Assembly (NCBI GenBank): GCA_951406725.2
Contig: OX597815.1
Span: 102,796,001-102,860,000, forward strand
Reading direction: 5' to 3'
DNA: 64,000 nucleotides
Source: Octopus vulgaris
Lineage: Eukaryota
Shown: piece after piece, positions 14,024 through 26,679 of the stretch
Layout: each line of letters begins with the position of its first letter
Numbering within the stretch: the stretch's first letter is position 1
The notes under the pieces: generated by a model
What the model was told of the DNA's origin: nothing
Databases searched by the model: none
The model's input: only the letters and a program-made list of their open reading frames with translations
Position numbers and translations under genes: made by a program

Positions 14024-14223
14024 ATTTAAAGGACTGACCACTAAAAGTGGACGGTCAATATGCTAGATATAGACGTCAAAATCGCTATTTTCCACGAAGA
14101 ATGTGTTCTCAAGAAAAAACTCAGCTCAAAGCCAAAGTGTAAAAAATAAGCGTGGAAAATAGCGATTTTGACGTCTATATCTATCATCTTGACCGTCCAT
14201 TTTTGGTGGTCAGTCCTTTAAAT
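14024..14223. repeat. Inverted repeat (73-bp arms, 54-bp spacer) within a (TA)n-flanked element spanning 13927-14229
   Basis: 14024-14096 is the near-exact reverse complement of 14151-14223. Confidence 0.95.
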
Positions 14224-15043
14224 TTTGTGTATATATATATATACGACGTGATTCTTTCAAATTGTGACCATTGTTTTCATTTTTTTACGTATCTAACTCG
14301 TTTGTTTACGTATTTCATGTTACTTGCACTGTTGGTGATGTCCTATACCCATATATGCATGTATACACGCACACACACATACACATAGATGTGCGTGTGT
14401 GTCTGTGTGCATGTCCGAGCGTTAGTACATATAAGGATGTATATCTGAACGACCACTTATATGTGCATAAATACCGATTCGTAAAGGTCAGTTAAAGACA
14501 ACCGCAGGTCTGACTAACCATGAAGACTAAATCATCAGTACAAAGAAATCAAATGCCATTCCCTTTAAAACGTCAATCACTTTACCAGCAGCAGAATCAC
14601 CATACCATTACATCTACACATTCAAAGCAGTTTCCCAATGGTCCTTCAGCAATAACACATCGTGATAAAATCAGTGACTAGTTGTAAATTCAGGCCACGA
14701 CAGATAGAGAGGATGTACTTGAAGCAGAGAATGTGAAATTATAGAGACAATATTTACATATCGTCTTACGAAATACAACTAGATCTCATAATGCAGGGAA
14801 ACTGTTGCATAATCAAGTACTTGCACGTCTGGAGAACTACGCTGCGAAGAAACCATAGTAATGATTATTAAAAAAGAAATGTCCAACCGTACTCATTCTT
14901 GTTGACTCCAAATTTTTTGAAATACCTATTCACTCACGACAGATAACACTACTCAATAGCACGGGGAAATCTGAAAGTGGACGAGTTTTATACTGTACTC
15001 TACTATGTTCTTAACATAATATACCATAAATACATAATACATA

Positions 15044-15335
<292 letters not shown>

Positions 15336-16519
15336 ATATTAATGTATATGTATGTATGTGTATCTGTGTGTGTTTACATATGTATGTATGCATGCACACC
15401 GATAATATCTGCACAGGTCGCATCTATTAACTAGTATTTCATTTTTCTGTCTTTGGTTTTAATGAGAACCACGCAATTCAGAAGCAAAAGTCTCGCCCAT
15501 ACCGTCATATCTACCTGTTGGAGTCAATTTTTTGCAACTTTTCTAGATATGTATACCTTTTGTTTCCCTTCTGAAATAAATGTATTCCACCTTCAATTAG
15601 CGAAAATTTCCAAATTAAGAACTTTATTTCGCTTTGTAAATTTATTTAAATACAAATCATGACATTCTAGACATCTTACGATTATATTGTGTCATTTATT
15701 GATTCGAAATGTCATATAGGAAGTTAGGAATATATTTCACAGTTATTGTAGCCTAAATAATAGGATTTCTTGCTTAATTTCGTAGCAGTATTACTGTACG
15801 TCTAATATTTGCCTAATGGAGTAAGGATATATAACGTTTACTTTCAATAACATATTAGACTAACAACCAAATTATTCAATACACAACGAGGGTAAGCTCA
15901 GAAAATTGAGAAGTTAGCTTCACTCTCTATAAATAAGTTAATAAAGTTTCTTTTTCTGATTGAATATATTTAATTTAATTTCTCTCGCTATGCCTTTTAA
16001 ATAATGTATATGTACGTTTTTCTTCTAAAACATTGGCTTTTCTTCCTTTCGTTTTACTTTCTTCATTTACCAGTGCAGAAAATTCTAGTGCCTTCAAGTA
16101 ATAACTTCTTGGAAATTCTACTTTGAAAACATAATATAAAGGTGAAATCATGATCGTGGGAAATAGTGAATTTGTGAAAATATGGAAAGACCTCGCCAGG
16201 TTGATTTATTTCTCTAGGCCTGTTATATTAAGACTAAATATGATGATTGGCTTTAAAATTCACTGGACATTTGAAGTATGGTTTAGTGGTCATGGCAGAG
16301 CATCGTTTAGGACTTTAAGCTATAAGAATTATTGTCTAATCAAGGAGTTTGACCACGCGTAAAGAGTTTGTAAAACTATTTAAAGAAATGCAATCACAAG
16401 TTAGTAACAAGATAACTGAAATAGTGTATTAAAATATTATACTTTTATCTAATATTATCCCGCTTGGAGCGCATGTTAGAAATCTAGTTGGTCAACATAA
16501 ACACTTCAGACTCCTGTCT

Positions 16520-16800
16520 TCTTATATGCACCATCTGCGACACCACTTTTCCCAGTTCAGTATTACCATGAATTTGTCTATTTTATCCGCTATTTGTAAG
16601 ATTTTTCCCCCAAATCCTCACCTTCATTCATTCTCACAGATCCTTTCACTTTTCCATCAGACATCTTCAACAGATACCGCACATTGCAACTCCACCTCCT
16701 ATACACACATTTCTTCCCTATTTTCACCACTTTCCGTCCCTATACCACATCTTCAAGAACACAAACGTCCATCGTGCACCTATCACTTTCTGTGACTCAC
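16520..16800 (-). mobile_element. Possible decayed RTE endonuclease N-terminus
   Basis: The reverse strand reads ..CAVSVEDV*WKSE.., resembling VCCVQEVRWKGE. Similarity is weak. Confidence 0.3.
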
Positions 16801-18377
16801 AATATCTACTGTTTTAATCCTCCCCTCATTCAGTCCAAGACCCAACACTATGACTCATCTTCTACACCCTTGCCATATTATTCGACTAATTTCTCCTCGA
16901 TATTGAGCGCTTCTTTCTTGGTAGGGTCTTTTTGTTTTATACTATTAACATGCTCCTGTTAACAGGCTATATAAATCGATAAGATATGCATGAATATGGA
17001 ATGAGTGCTGCAGTCGATGTGACTGAACAAGATCTTGACAGTGGTACCCCACCGTGGCAGCATTCCTCTCACTGGAATCAGTGATTAAAACAGTAAGCGT
17101 TATAGTGTTTTATTTACATTTTCTTGACGGCAGTTCATTAGGATTTGTTGAAACTGTTTGTATTGGCCTCGATTGAAACGAGATCGGACGGATCCCTGAC
17201 AAGAAAGAATTCCAGCAGTGTGCATCAATTCTTTTTATGAATTTCATTCTAAATTATTTAATGTTTCTTATTTAATCTTATCTAAGATAAGAGGTAGCAA
17301 TTTAGATCTTTCACTGTTACTTTCGCAGGCCAGGTGATCAAATAGAATATCACTGTACTATTCATATTTAGATACACCTGTAAAATAGGGCACCAAATAA
17401 GAGTAAACAAATGATCTTGAATATATATTATGAATATCCTTAGCTGACACATCTTAAACTACAAACATTTTCAAGTTAATGGTCAATAATATTCACTTCT
17501 TTTAAGTGAATGTAATATGTCAATAACTAATATTGTCATAATATGAAATTTCAGTCTGTATTAAATTATATGTTATAAAATATTCCAGCTTGGTTATAGG
17601 CAACAATTTCTATCAGTAATTTGTTGCGGTTTCCAACTGTTAAATAGACATTGAAAGGCACTTGCTATCAATAATATCTACGGCAACTTTCACTCAGTTC
17701 TGTATTGTATTTTGGTTTACGTCGGGGCATTTTAGATATTCTTAGTGAATATGAAAATGTCGTTAGAAAAGGAAAATATGTGAATAAATTGCTTAGTAAA
17801 GAATAGGTGTTACACCCAAAGTTGATTTATTTAATAATGTAAGCCATGATTTCCCGTGATTTTATTGTCTAACACTGATAACATTATGACAAATGTATAT
17901 CTACTTCATGAAATTTTATGAGGCCATTCTTCAAACTTCCACGGGAGCTGACAGAATGACACCTCTATTTTTCATGTTGCTTAAAAGGATTCTCAATAAT
18001 TCACTGTTCCTAACTGAGAGTTACTTGCAATTATTCTGCACCAAAACGAAACAGAATTTCCATCATAACATTAATCATTCGTTTAGGCGCCGATTGTTTC
18101 AAGACATTGCTTCATGCTGGTTTACAAAACTATGTTTTCTCATTTAATTGCCCTTGTACAAACTATCATATCACCGACTCACACATAGATATATGTAAGT
18201 ATAGTTGCATATTGAGTCTTTATACTTATATGTCAAAACGCGCGTATCCAAGAGCAAATTTGCGTCTCCCGTTCTCACTAACATGCGTATTAGTAACTGC
18301 ACATATATGTGTGCGCGTGGTTTATATACTTATACTTACACACATGCACAATGCTCATACATGCAATCACATATTTT

Positions 18378-18482
18378 CTATGTATGTATGTATGTATGTA
18401 TGTATGCATGTATGTACGTATTTATGTATGTACGTATGTATGTATGTATCTATGTATGTATCTATGTATCTATCTATCTATG

Positions 18483-18530
<48 letters not shown>

Positions 18531-18532
18531 AG

Positions 18533-18563
<31 letters not shown>

Positions 18564-18690
18564 TATATTATATTATATTATATTATATTATATTATAATA
18601 TATTATATTATATTATATTATATTATATTATATTATATTATATTATATTATATTATATCATATTATAATATATTATATTATATTATATAT
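18378..18690. repeat. Compound microsatellite (TATG)n-(TATC)n-(TA)n-(TATTA)n
   Basis: Directly visible. It explains ORFs 18107-18720. Confidence 0.95.
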
Positions 18691-18709
18691 TGTACACACA
18701 CACACATAT

Positions 18710-19008
<299 letters not shown>

Positions 19009-19081
19009 GATTAGGCGCATGCAGGGTAGAATTCAGCTTCTATGAATTCCTACATATGCATACATACGACGAAATGAAATA

Positions 19082-19128
<47 letters not shown>

Positions 19129-19186
19129 CGGAGATGTACTCGCATAGCAAGTAATTTGATCTGAGATCGTGTGCTGAAACGAAAAC

Positions 19187-19458
19187 AATTGCAGCGTGGG
19201 AGGTGTTTATAAGCCATTTAAGAAACACACAAAAGCCGTTCGATTCACTTCGACATTTAAGTTTAATTTGTCAAAATATTTTCGTCGCTAAAATCCGCGA
19301 CCTGTTCACTGACAAAGTCAGTGATGCAGCACGGACTTTGTCAGTGAACAGGTCGCGGATTTTAGCGACGAAAATATTTTGACAAATTAAACTTAAATGT
19401 TGGAGTGAATCGAACGGCTTTGTGTGTTTCTTAAATATATAAACACCTCCCACGCTGC

Positions 19459-19462
<4 letters not shown>
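19187..19462. repeat. Fold-back palindrome (~130-bp arms, 14-bp spacer) between (TA)n tracts
   Basis: 19187-19319 and 19334-19462 are near-exact reverse complements. Confidence 0.97.
19337..19386 (+). ncRNA. Minimal type I hammerhead-like motif with a G3-C8 core (mirror copy at 19267-19316, - strand)
   Basis: TTTGTCA / GTGAACA / G / GTCGC-GGATTTTA-GCGAC / GAA / AATATT / T / TGACAAA. This gives a 7-bp stem I, a 5-bp stem II and a palindromic stem III. Confidence 0.6.
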
Positions 19463-19497
<35 letters not shown>

Positions 19498-19508
19498 TTC
19501 ACACAAAT

Positions 19509-19557
<49 letters not shown>

Positions 19558-19779
19558 TTAGGTATACACATCTGTTAGTGTATATAAACGCGCAAATACA
19601 CTAGTGAACATGCATTCTTCGATAAAAGTATACAGGTGCAAACGCATACGTGCACACCTTGTCGCGTGTAAAAATATTGATGAATGATAATGAAGTTAAT
19701 TATACAATTAAGATTTAAATTTAGTGAATGCTATGCAATATTTAATTGACCAGGGCATGAACAATTATCTCTCTGTCGG

Positions 19780-20110
19780 TTGCATGATCGATAGTTTTGT
19801 TGCATAAGGGGAGTCCAATGCTGGAGTATAATTTGTCGAATAAAATAGTAAAAATTGTTATACCAGATAACAGTGTAAAGAAGGCAATGTCTACACTGGA
19901 ATGCAAAACTGAAGAAGAGTGGTCTTAGCGAACAGTTGGAGTACAGTATACAAAACATGCAAAGGTTGAAACTTGTAACGGGGGATATAGAGCATGGTTG
20001 GGAGCAGGTGCCAGAGAAGATAGAAGGGACCAGCCTGCAAGGAGGTAAGGAGTAGGTGCAATTGTTAGACATTTGAACATATCCAGGGATCATTAGAAGC
20101 ATGCACAGTA
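19780..20110 (-). mobile_element. Possible decayed Penelope GIY-YIG region
   Basis: SGTCSQPCS...FQCRHCLLYT echoes the Cys motifs at 5280-5440. Confidence 0.3.
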
Positions 20111-20500
20111 ATATTCAGCTTGTAGTTTGACGAATCTTGAAGGGAGTTCTTTGATCGGAGAGTAAGGAGATCAAATCTGATTCGTAATTTAATAATCTGT
20201 ATTGTTGTGTGAGGATGTTAAATTCGTGTTATCGTAAATATGAACAGGGGCAGATTTTGTAACAAACAATTTATTATTGATGTTGTTGATGAATGTGTAT
20301 GTATAATCGAAAGGAATTTCGAATCAGTTGTTGCATATTCTTTTCGTCATGCATGAAGGTGGATTTACACGAGTTCCCAGTGAGACCGATAGAACACTTT
20401 GTGACGTGACTCTTTAGCACAGTAAACTATAATTTCATGAAGGCACTTACCGGGGTATATGTGTGCGTGTGTGCGCGTGTGTGCGTATATATGTGTGTAC

Positions 20501-20566
<66 letters not shown>

Positions 20567-20574
20567 GTATGTAT

Positions 20575-20850
20575 GCTACTGCGTGGCACTTTGGGCAAGT
20601 GTCTTCTACTATAACCTCGGGCCGACCAAAGGCTTGAGAGTGGATTTGGCAGACGGAAACTGTATATGTATAGGTTTGTGTGTCTGTGTTTGTTCCCCCA
20701 CCAACATCGCTTGACAACCAATGCTGGTGTGTTTATGTCCTCGTAACTTAGTGGTTCGGCAAGAGAGAGCAATAGAATAAGTACTAGGCTTACAAAGAAT
20801 AAGTCCTGGGGTCGATTTGCTCGACTAAAGGCGGTGCTCCAGCATGGCCA
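20575..20850 (+). mobile_element. SINE family 1, 5'-truncated
   Basis: Collinear with 49918-50215 and 37910-38290. Confidence 0.9.
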
Positions 20851-20879
20851 CTTTATGATTTTCTGTATTTCTAATTTTC

Positions 20880-21505
20880 TGCTACAATGTGAAATTTGGA
20901 TAATTCTTTTCCGCTTTTCAGACATACGGCGCTTTCAATCAAGACTCAAAAGCTGTAAGAACCCCTCAAATACTTGCGGTGTGCACGGTGAAGGCACTGT
21001 TACTGAAAGAACTACACACAAATGATTTTCGCGCTTCAGGGAGGAGAAATTCCAAATTCAGTTCAATGAAGATCTCTTGAATGAACATATCCACGAGATC
21101 CGCTTCATTCCATTAAGAACTTAGTCAACCTGATGAGATGTTCTTCTGATACCGTGGCCCTTCGAATAGCAATCCGGCTTAAACGACCCAGCTGCCGATT
21201 CAACGTGCTCTTTCAAAATAACGCTGCGGCGTCTGCTGTCCTTTGATTATAAATGCTATTCCGGAGCTCAGTTCACAAGTCCTCCGCAGCAAGCGAATTA
21301 TCCTGATATAACGCCTTCAGATTATTACATCTTGTGGTCCCTTTCTAAGAGTCTGCAAGGTTTTCGTTCAGTAACATCGTGGAAGTGAAAATGCCGGGAA
21401 CAATAAACAAGAAAGTGTTATCAACTGATTTGTTAAAATTGTGGACAAAAAATAAATGTTAAAACAAATGAAAAAAGCGAACAAATTCATCTAAAAACTC
21501 AACAT
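20880..21505 (+). mobile_element. Internally deleted mariner element
   Basis: NTCGVHGEGTVTERTTHK*FSRFRE (HTH) and NYPDITPSDYYILWSL (YSPDLAPSDY-like motif). Confidence 0.7.
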
Positions 21506-22269
21506 AAATATGTGTGTGTGTCTGTGAGTGTGTGTGTGTGTTGTGTGTGTGTACGTGAGTGTGTACATGTGTGTGTTTGTGGGCATGATTATAATATATT
21601 AGGCTGCAAAGTATTGACTGACTCATTTACTACCGTTATAGACAAAAAAAAATAATAATCAACAAATCTTGAGAAGTTTTATGCACCTCGCTAGAGATAA
21701 AAACAATATCTTATTGTTATATTCCAGAAATAGACCAAGTATTTGTTATCTTCATGTATTCTGTTGTCTTCACATGGCCTTCTTAATAATATATATTTAT
21801 CGATTTGGAATATTTTATAGCTGCCAGCAATAATTCTACATCACCATATGATAGTTTCATAAACTTATGAGATAATGGCACATTTTTTAATGTTTCGCTT
21901 TGGATTTATTTCTGGTTTAAAAAGTTTCGATGGGACATATAATGTCAAAAATTATTTGAAAATGAATATATTGCAATAATTAAATGCAGGGGTTGAGACA
22001 GGAAAGGTCTCGTGAAATGTGCAAGATGATGGCTCTCTTGTGATGTCAGTTTAAAATATTTATCAGACATAGATAATATGTTTATCAGACATAGATAAAG
22101 AAATATTCTTTACATTCTGCTAACCACATGGTACTGGTATCAGTCAACCCACATATTCGGACATCGGTAATATATCTTTTAATCTGCTGTTTAGTCGTCG
22201 AAATAAGTTGGGTATTTGGTTGGTATATATATTTTATAGAAGCGTCTCGATTCTGTATGTATGTATGTA

Positions 22270-22332
<63 letters not shown>

Positions 22333-22878
22333 GCTTGTATGAACATAATCTTTTTCTGTTTGTGATGATGCACACTCAAGCAGAAAAGCGAGTCCACAGT
22401 AGTCCTCTTATCTCCAACAACCATAATATCATTTCCTTTATGATATGACAGTCTTGAGGAATTCTTAGATCTTGAGTTTATCTTCCCATTTCGGTTGAAA
22501 CAGGAACCAACTGCCTTAAGGATAAACAAAAAATTAGCGGTGATTAATAGCAACAAACATAACAAGGAGTAAATTTTAAAAAGGGAAACGTTTCCTGCCA
22601 AATTATCATGCTAAAAATGAAAGACACGGATTTCGTTTCGAAGGCAAAGGACAACCTAGAATATGCGTTTCTATCTTTATAGAAATCAACAGATAAGTAT
22701 TGTTATTCCTCTCTTACTTTCTCATCCCGTATCCTACCACCCTTTTTATTTCATAGATCATAATAATTTCTCACGTTGGTTCGTAACGCAATGCGCACAC
22801 AGAAAATTGTCATAAAAAGCAAGAATATCTGTGCTCATCATTCACTGTACCGGAATATTTATATTTATACATAAATAC

Positions 22879-22911
<33 letters not shown>

Positions 22912-22963
22912 AATAATACATTTCTAATACCCTCAAAGAGATTTATATAGGGGTAACACGATA

Positions 22964-23444
22964 AAGTGGTAGTATGTTGTCAACTTCATGTGACAGTCCC
23001 ATGAAATGGAAGAATACTACTGCTATTTAGCCCTAGGGAGCACCGCTTCTTGTCGGCCTTGATGCATTTCCTATGTCTTTATATTTACAAAGGGGGAGAT
23101 AAGCACCTCCATCCAGCAAAGCCAATACCTAGAGACTAGTTTCTGAGTCATTGCCCGTCATTAGTCTGGAGTAGCTTGGCTTTCTAGCTGTCGATGCCTA
23201 CCTGCCTGTGTAAACATATAATTCAAGTGAATGCTTCTCCAGTCTGATGACAGGCAAAGATTCAGAAACTAGCCTCTGTTTTCTGGCTTTGGTGGGTGGA
23301 GGTGCTTATCTCTGTCTTTGTAAACATAAGGACACAGAAAATGCATCATGGCCGACAGGAAGCGGTGCTTCCTAGGGCTAAATAGCAGTAGTATTCTCTT
23401 TCATTACTGTCACATTAAGTTGACAACATGACAACATACCACCA

Positions 23445-23447
<3 letters not shown>
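22964..23447. repeat. Fold-back palindrome (~210-bp arms, 57-bp spacer) with decayed hammerheads
   Basis: 22964-23175 pairs with 23233-23447. The right arm has CTGATGA..GAAACTAGCC and the left arm (- strand) has CTAATGA..GAAACTAGTC. Confidence 0.92.
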
Positions 23448-23490
<43 letters not shown>

Positions 23491-23496
<6 letters not shown>

Positions 23497-24027
23497 AAAA
23501 TATATATAAAAATACTAAATGGGACAAGAACGCAAAACATTCAAATAGAAGATACAAAAAGGAAGGGTCCTTCGAAGCCTATAATCTTCAGTCAAGAACC
23601 GGATCATCTTCGCAATTTCGGCTGATTAATCTTGGGATTGCTCCGATCTGGCCAGCCCCAAGGAAAAACTAAGCTACGAGCATTAGATTTCTTGGAAAAA
23701 GGATCGAATGTATACGAAACAAGGACAGAAAAACGGACGATGTAACACGAATATAACTTTTTGATTTTTGTATTTATATTCGTGTAACATCGTCCGTTTT
23801 TCTGTCCTTGTTTCGTATACATTCGATCCTTTTTTCCAAGCTTAGTTTTTCCTTGGGGCAGGCCAGATCGGAGGAATCTCAAGATTAATTAGCCGAAATT
23901 GTGAGGATGATCCGGTTCTTGACTGAAGATTAGAGGCTTCGAATGACCCGTCCGTTTTTTTGTATCGACTATTTGAATGTTTTGCATTCTTGTCCCATTT
24001 TGTATTTTTATATATATTTTATACATA
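23491..24027. repeat. Fold-back palindrome (~260-bp arms, 17-bp spacer)
   Basis: 23491-23756 pairs with 23774-24027. The right arm lacks 17 bp. Confidence 0.95.
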
Positions 24028-24089
24028 TATTATTGCGGCGTACGTACACCTTGTTCTCTTATATATATATATATATATACATACACACA

Positions 24090-24502
24090 TATAAAGCTGA
24101 AGTTGACTGTGTGTGTGTGTGCTGCAGGTTGGGTAGCCTTCAACTAACACAATATCCTCCGAGACCCTGCGAAGGCAATTGACCAAAATTGAGAGTATGA
24201 TAGAAGAAGGCTTGCTCTTCATTCCGTAGAAGAAAAAATTCAAATCGGACCATGTTAAGGCCAAAAATTATTTACATAAAAAAGGTGCTTTTTTTCCTAT
24301 GAAAACCCCTATTTTTTTACGATTTTTTGACTGGTGTGTCGCCATTTTTCGGTGTATTTCAACCAGAAAAATGTTCACTTCAAGAGAATAACAAGCTACA
24401 TAATGCAAAAGTTTTACTTTCCAAAAGAGATTGAAACTATGTCAAAACGTTGTCAAGCGCAACTAAAGAACAAACCCGAGCAACGCCGGGTTATAATGCT
24501 TG
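24090..24502 (+). mobile_element. Non-autonomous Helitron
   Basis: Starts in (TA)n followed by a (TG)n tract. The 3' hairpin CCCGAGCAACGCCGGG (24475-24490) is followed by CTTG-T, read as a decayed CTAG-T. Confidence 0.65.
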
Positions 24503-24505
24503 TGG

Positions 24506-24544
<39 letters not shown>

Positions 24545-24914
24545 TGTATATAGATAGATAGATAGATACATGCATACATACTTTAAAATGAGCAACTAAT
24601 AGTTTCATACTCTCAATATTTTGACTGATTTATATAACTTCCAGTGTGTCTTCGAGCGACGTTTTGGGCTCTGTGCATACCGTTACATCTATGTTAAAAC
24701 CAAGACGCTCGTATATGAGAATACATCAGTACAACGCAAAAATGTACTAAGAAAGAAAAGTTTAAAATATATTCTGTGCGTCCTCTTTGTAGAAATCACA
24801 ATTATCCGGGAGAAGAGCTGTAACTGGAGCTCATGCCATGTTATATATGAATCTCCCAAGTTATTATATTTCTACCGGATGGAACAGTTAGTATCTCATT
24901 TTAAAATACTGCAT

Positions 24915-25100
24915 GTATTGGTTTCAAAATTTCGGGAAAGGTGTAAATCGACTACATTGGCCCCAGTGTTATATTTTTGCTTATTTTATCGGCCAGAAAG
25001 AATGAAAGGTAAAATCGACATCTGCGGTTTCGAAATCGAGACGCAAAGGAGGATGAAATGCCACCCGACGTGCTAACAATTTAGCTATCACGCTGCCCTA
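24915..25100 (-). mobile_element. SINE family 2, decayed
   Basis: The reverse complement aligns by eye to 42298-42505. Confidence 0.65.
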
Positions 25101-25262
25101 AACGTGTAAGTTAAATGATATTTATCATTTAAAGGGTAGATTTTAATTTTGTTGATCCCACATATAACGGGACATTTATATATATATATATACATACACA
25201 CATATGCACACATACATGTATATATATGTACGTATGTGTATATGTTTATATATATAGATATA

Positions 25263-25628
25263 CTAGCAGTATCGCCCGGCGTTGCTCAGGTTTGTAAGGG
25301 AAATAACTATAAAGCATTTTTAGAGAGTTATAGCCAAAAAATAGCAAAAAAATGGAAAAAAAATGATGGTAAATTTTTTTTTAGTTAAAAAAGGTGGAGT
25401 TGCGTCCCCTAGACAGTTTGCGGTTTGTGTTTCTGATTCTCGACCCCATGTTGAATTTATCGATTTTTTTCAGAACTGGGGGAACTTTTCAAAATTTTCG
25501 CTGCGATAGTTTTGAATTATGACATTGGGCTATGTGTGTGTCAAGTTTCATCAGAATCGGTTGAAAGCCGTGGTCAGGGTGAGGGTACAAGCAAACAGAC
25601 ACACAAAAACACGCACAGACAAACTGCC

Positions 25629-25640
<12 letters not shown>
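25263..25640 (-). mobile_element. Non-autonomous Helitron
   Basis: The minus strand ends in CCTGAGCAACGCCGGG-CGATACTG-CTAG-T. The 5' end lies in (TA)n followed by TGTC/TG repeats. Confidence 0.75.
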
Positions 25641-25674
<34 letters not shown>

Positions 25675-25879
25675 TCATAAATACGAGAAAATTTAAGATG
25701 AACACAAATATAATATGTTGGGTCAAAAGATTTTCGAATTCTCACTGTTATATCGTCAATTTGTGACAGTTCGTCTAGTCGTCATTGAATTACATATTTT
25801 TCATTTTCAAATCTAACATATAAAACTTTAATTGTCTATTCTATATTTTACAGCTTTGATAGCAAGTGGGCGGTTATGC

Positions 25880-26170
25880 AATTGGAGCCATTTTTGCTGC
25901 CTGGGAAAAACAGAACAGAGACCAAGGAGAGAGGCAAAACAAATTTAAGGAAGTCCCAGGAAAACTGTCAGCTAACGTGTGACACAAAAGTAGTACAGCT
26001 GTTTCAGGAAGATGAACTCAGACTCGATGTAAAACAAATGCCACCAAGAGATTCTGTCGTGGAACATAGGGATTTGTTTGGTGAAGTTGAACAGCCAAGC
26101 ACAAACAATCTTACATTCTAGGCAGAACTTGGTCCTTCACAAAGCATCATCAATCGACACCTCCGTAAGA
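25880..26170 (+). mobile_element. Mariner transposase N-terminal fragment
   Basis: SVVEHRDLFGEVEQPSTNNLTF*AELGPSQSIINRHLRK resembles the second HTH. Confidence 0.55.
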
Positions 26171-26679
26171 AGGTGAATTCTGATGACAACGCTTTTGATA
26201 TGTAACTTCTTTGAACAATTAATTAAAGCTTGAAATATGGGAAGAAAAACAAACTCAACTTGGTAAATTATTAGTTCCTACGTACGTTTCACCATTGCAT
26301 GTATTTGGAACTGAACATTAGGTGTTCCACATGCATTTAGATGCCTACCCGTACTGGATCATCTGCACATAGAGAACACTTTAATGCATTCTGTTACATA
26401 GAACTAATCTCTCTCTCATACACACATTTGTATGTATGTATGTATGTATGTATGTATGTATGTATGTATGTATGTATGTATGTATGTATGTATGTATGTA
26501 TACAAGGAAAGTCAAAGGTTATACTTTCTTTACGTTGGCCGCAATGCATTTAGCAATATTGTGCTTAAAGATGTAACTCCTGTGGTAACGTAATCGGGGT
26601 TTGACTCTGGTCGCTACAGTTTTCTTCCTTGCATTAGAGAGATAGTCATGGCTACATCGCTAGCACCACTGAACGTAGC

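Noticed and set aside
14490-14990. Coding-like non-repetitive stretch (also 1-380, 52990-53150, 53830-54000 and 60900-61560)
   Set aside because: Probably old retroelement debris, but there are no motifs strong enough to assign.
19323-19336. 14-mer GATGCAGCACGGAC shared with 57297-57310(-)
   Set aside because: No flanking similarity, and it could arise by chance.
23920-23955. CTGAAGA..TCGAAT..GTC in the fold-back arm (and 12945-12980)
   Set aside because: It has GAAT instead of GAAA and poor stems. It may be a decayed ribozyme but is not supportable as one.
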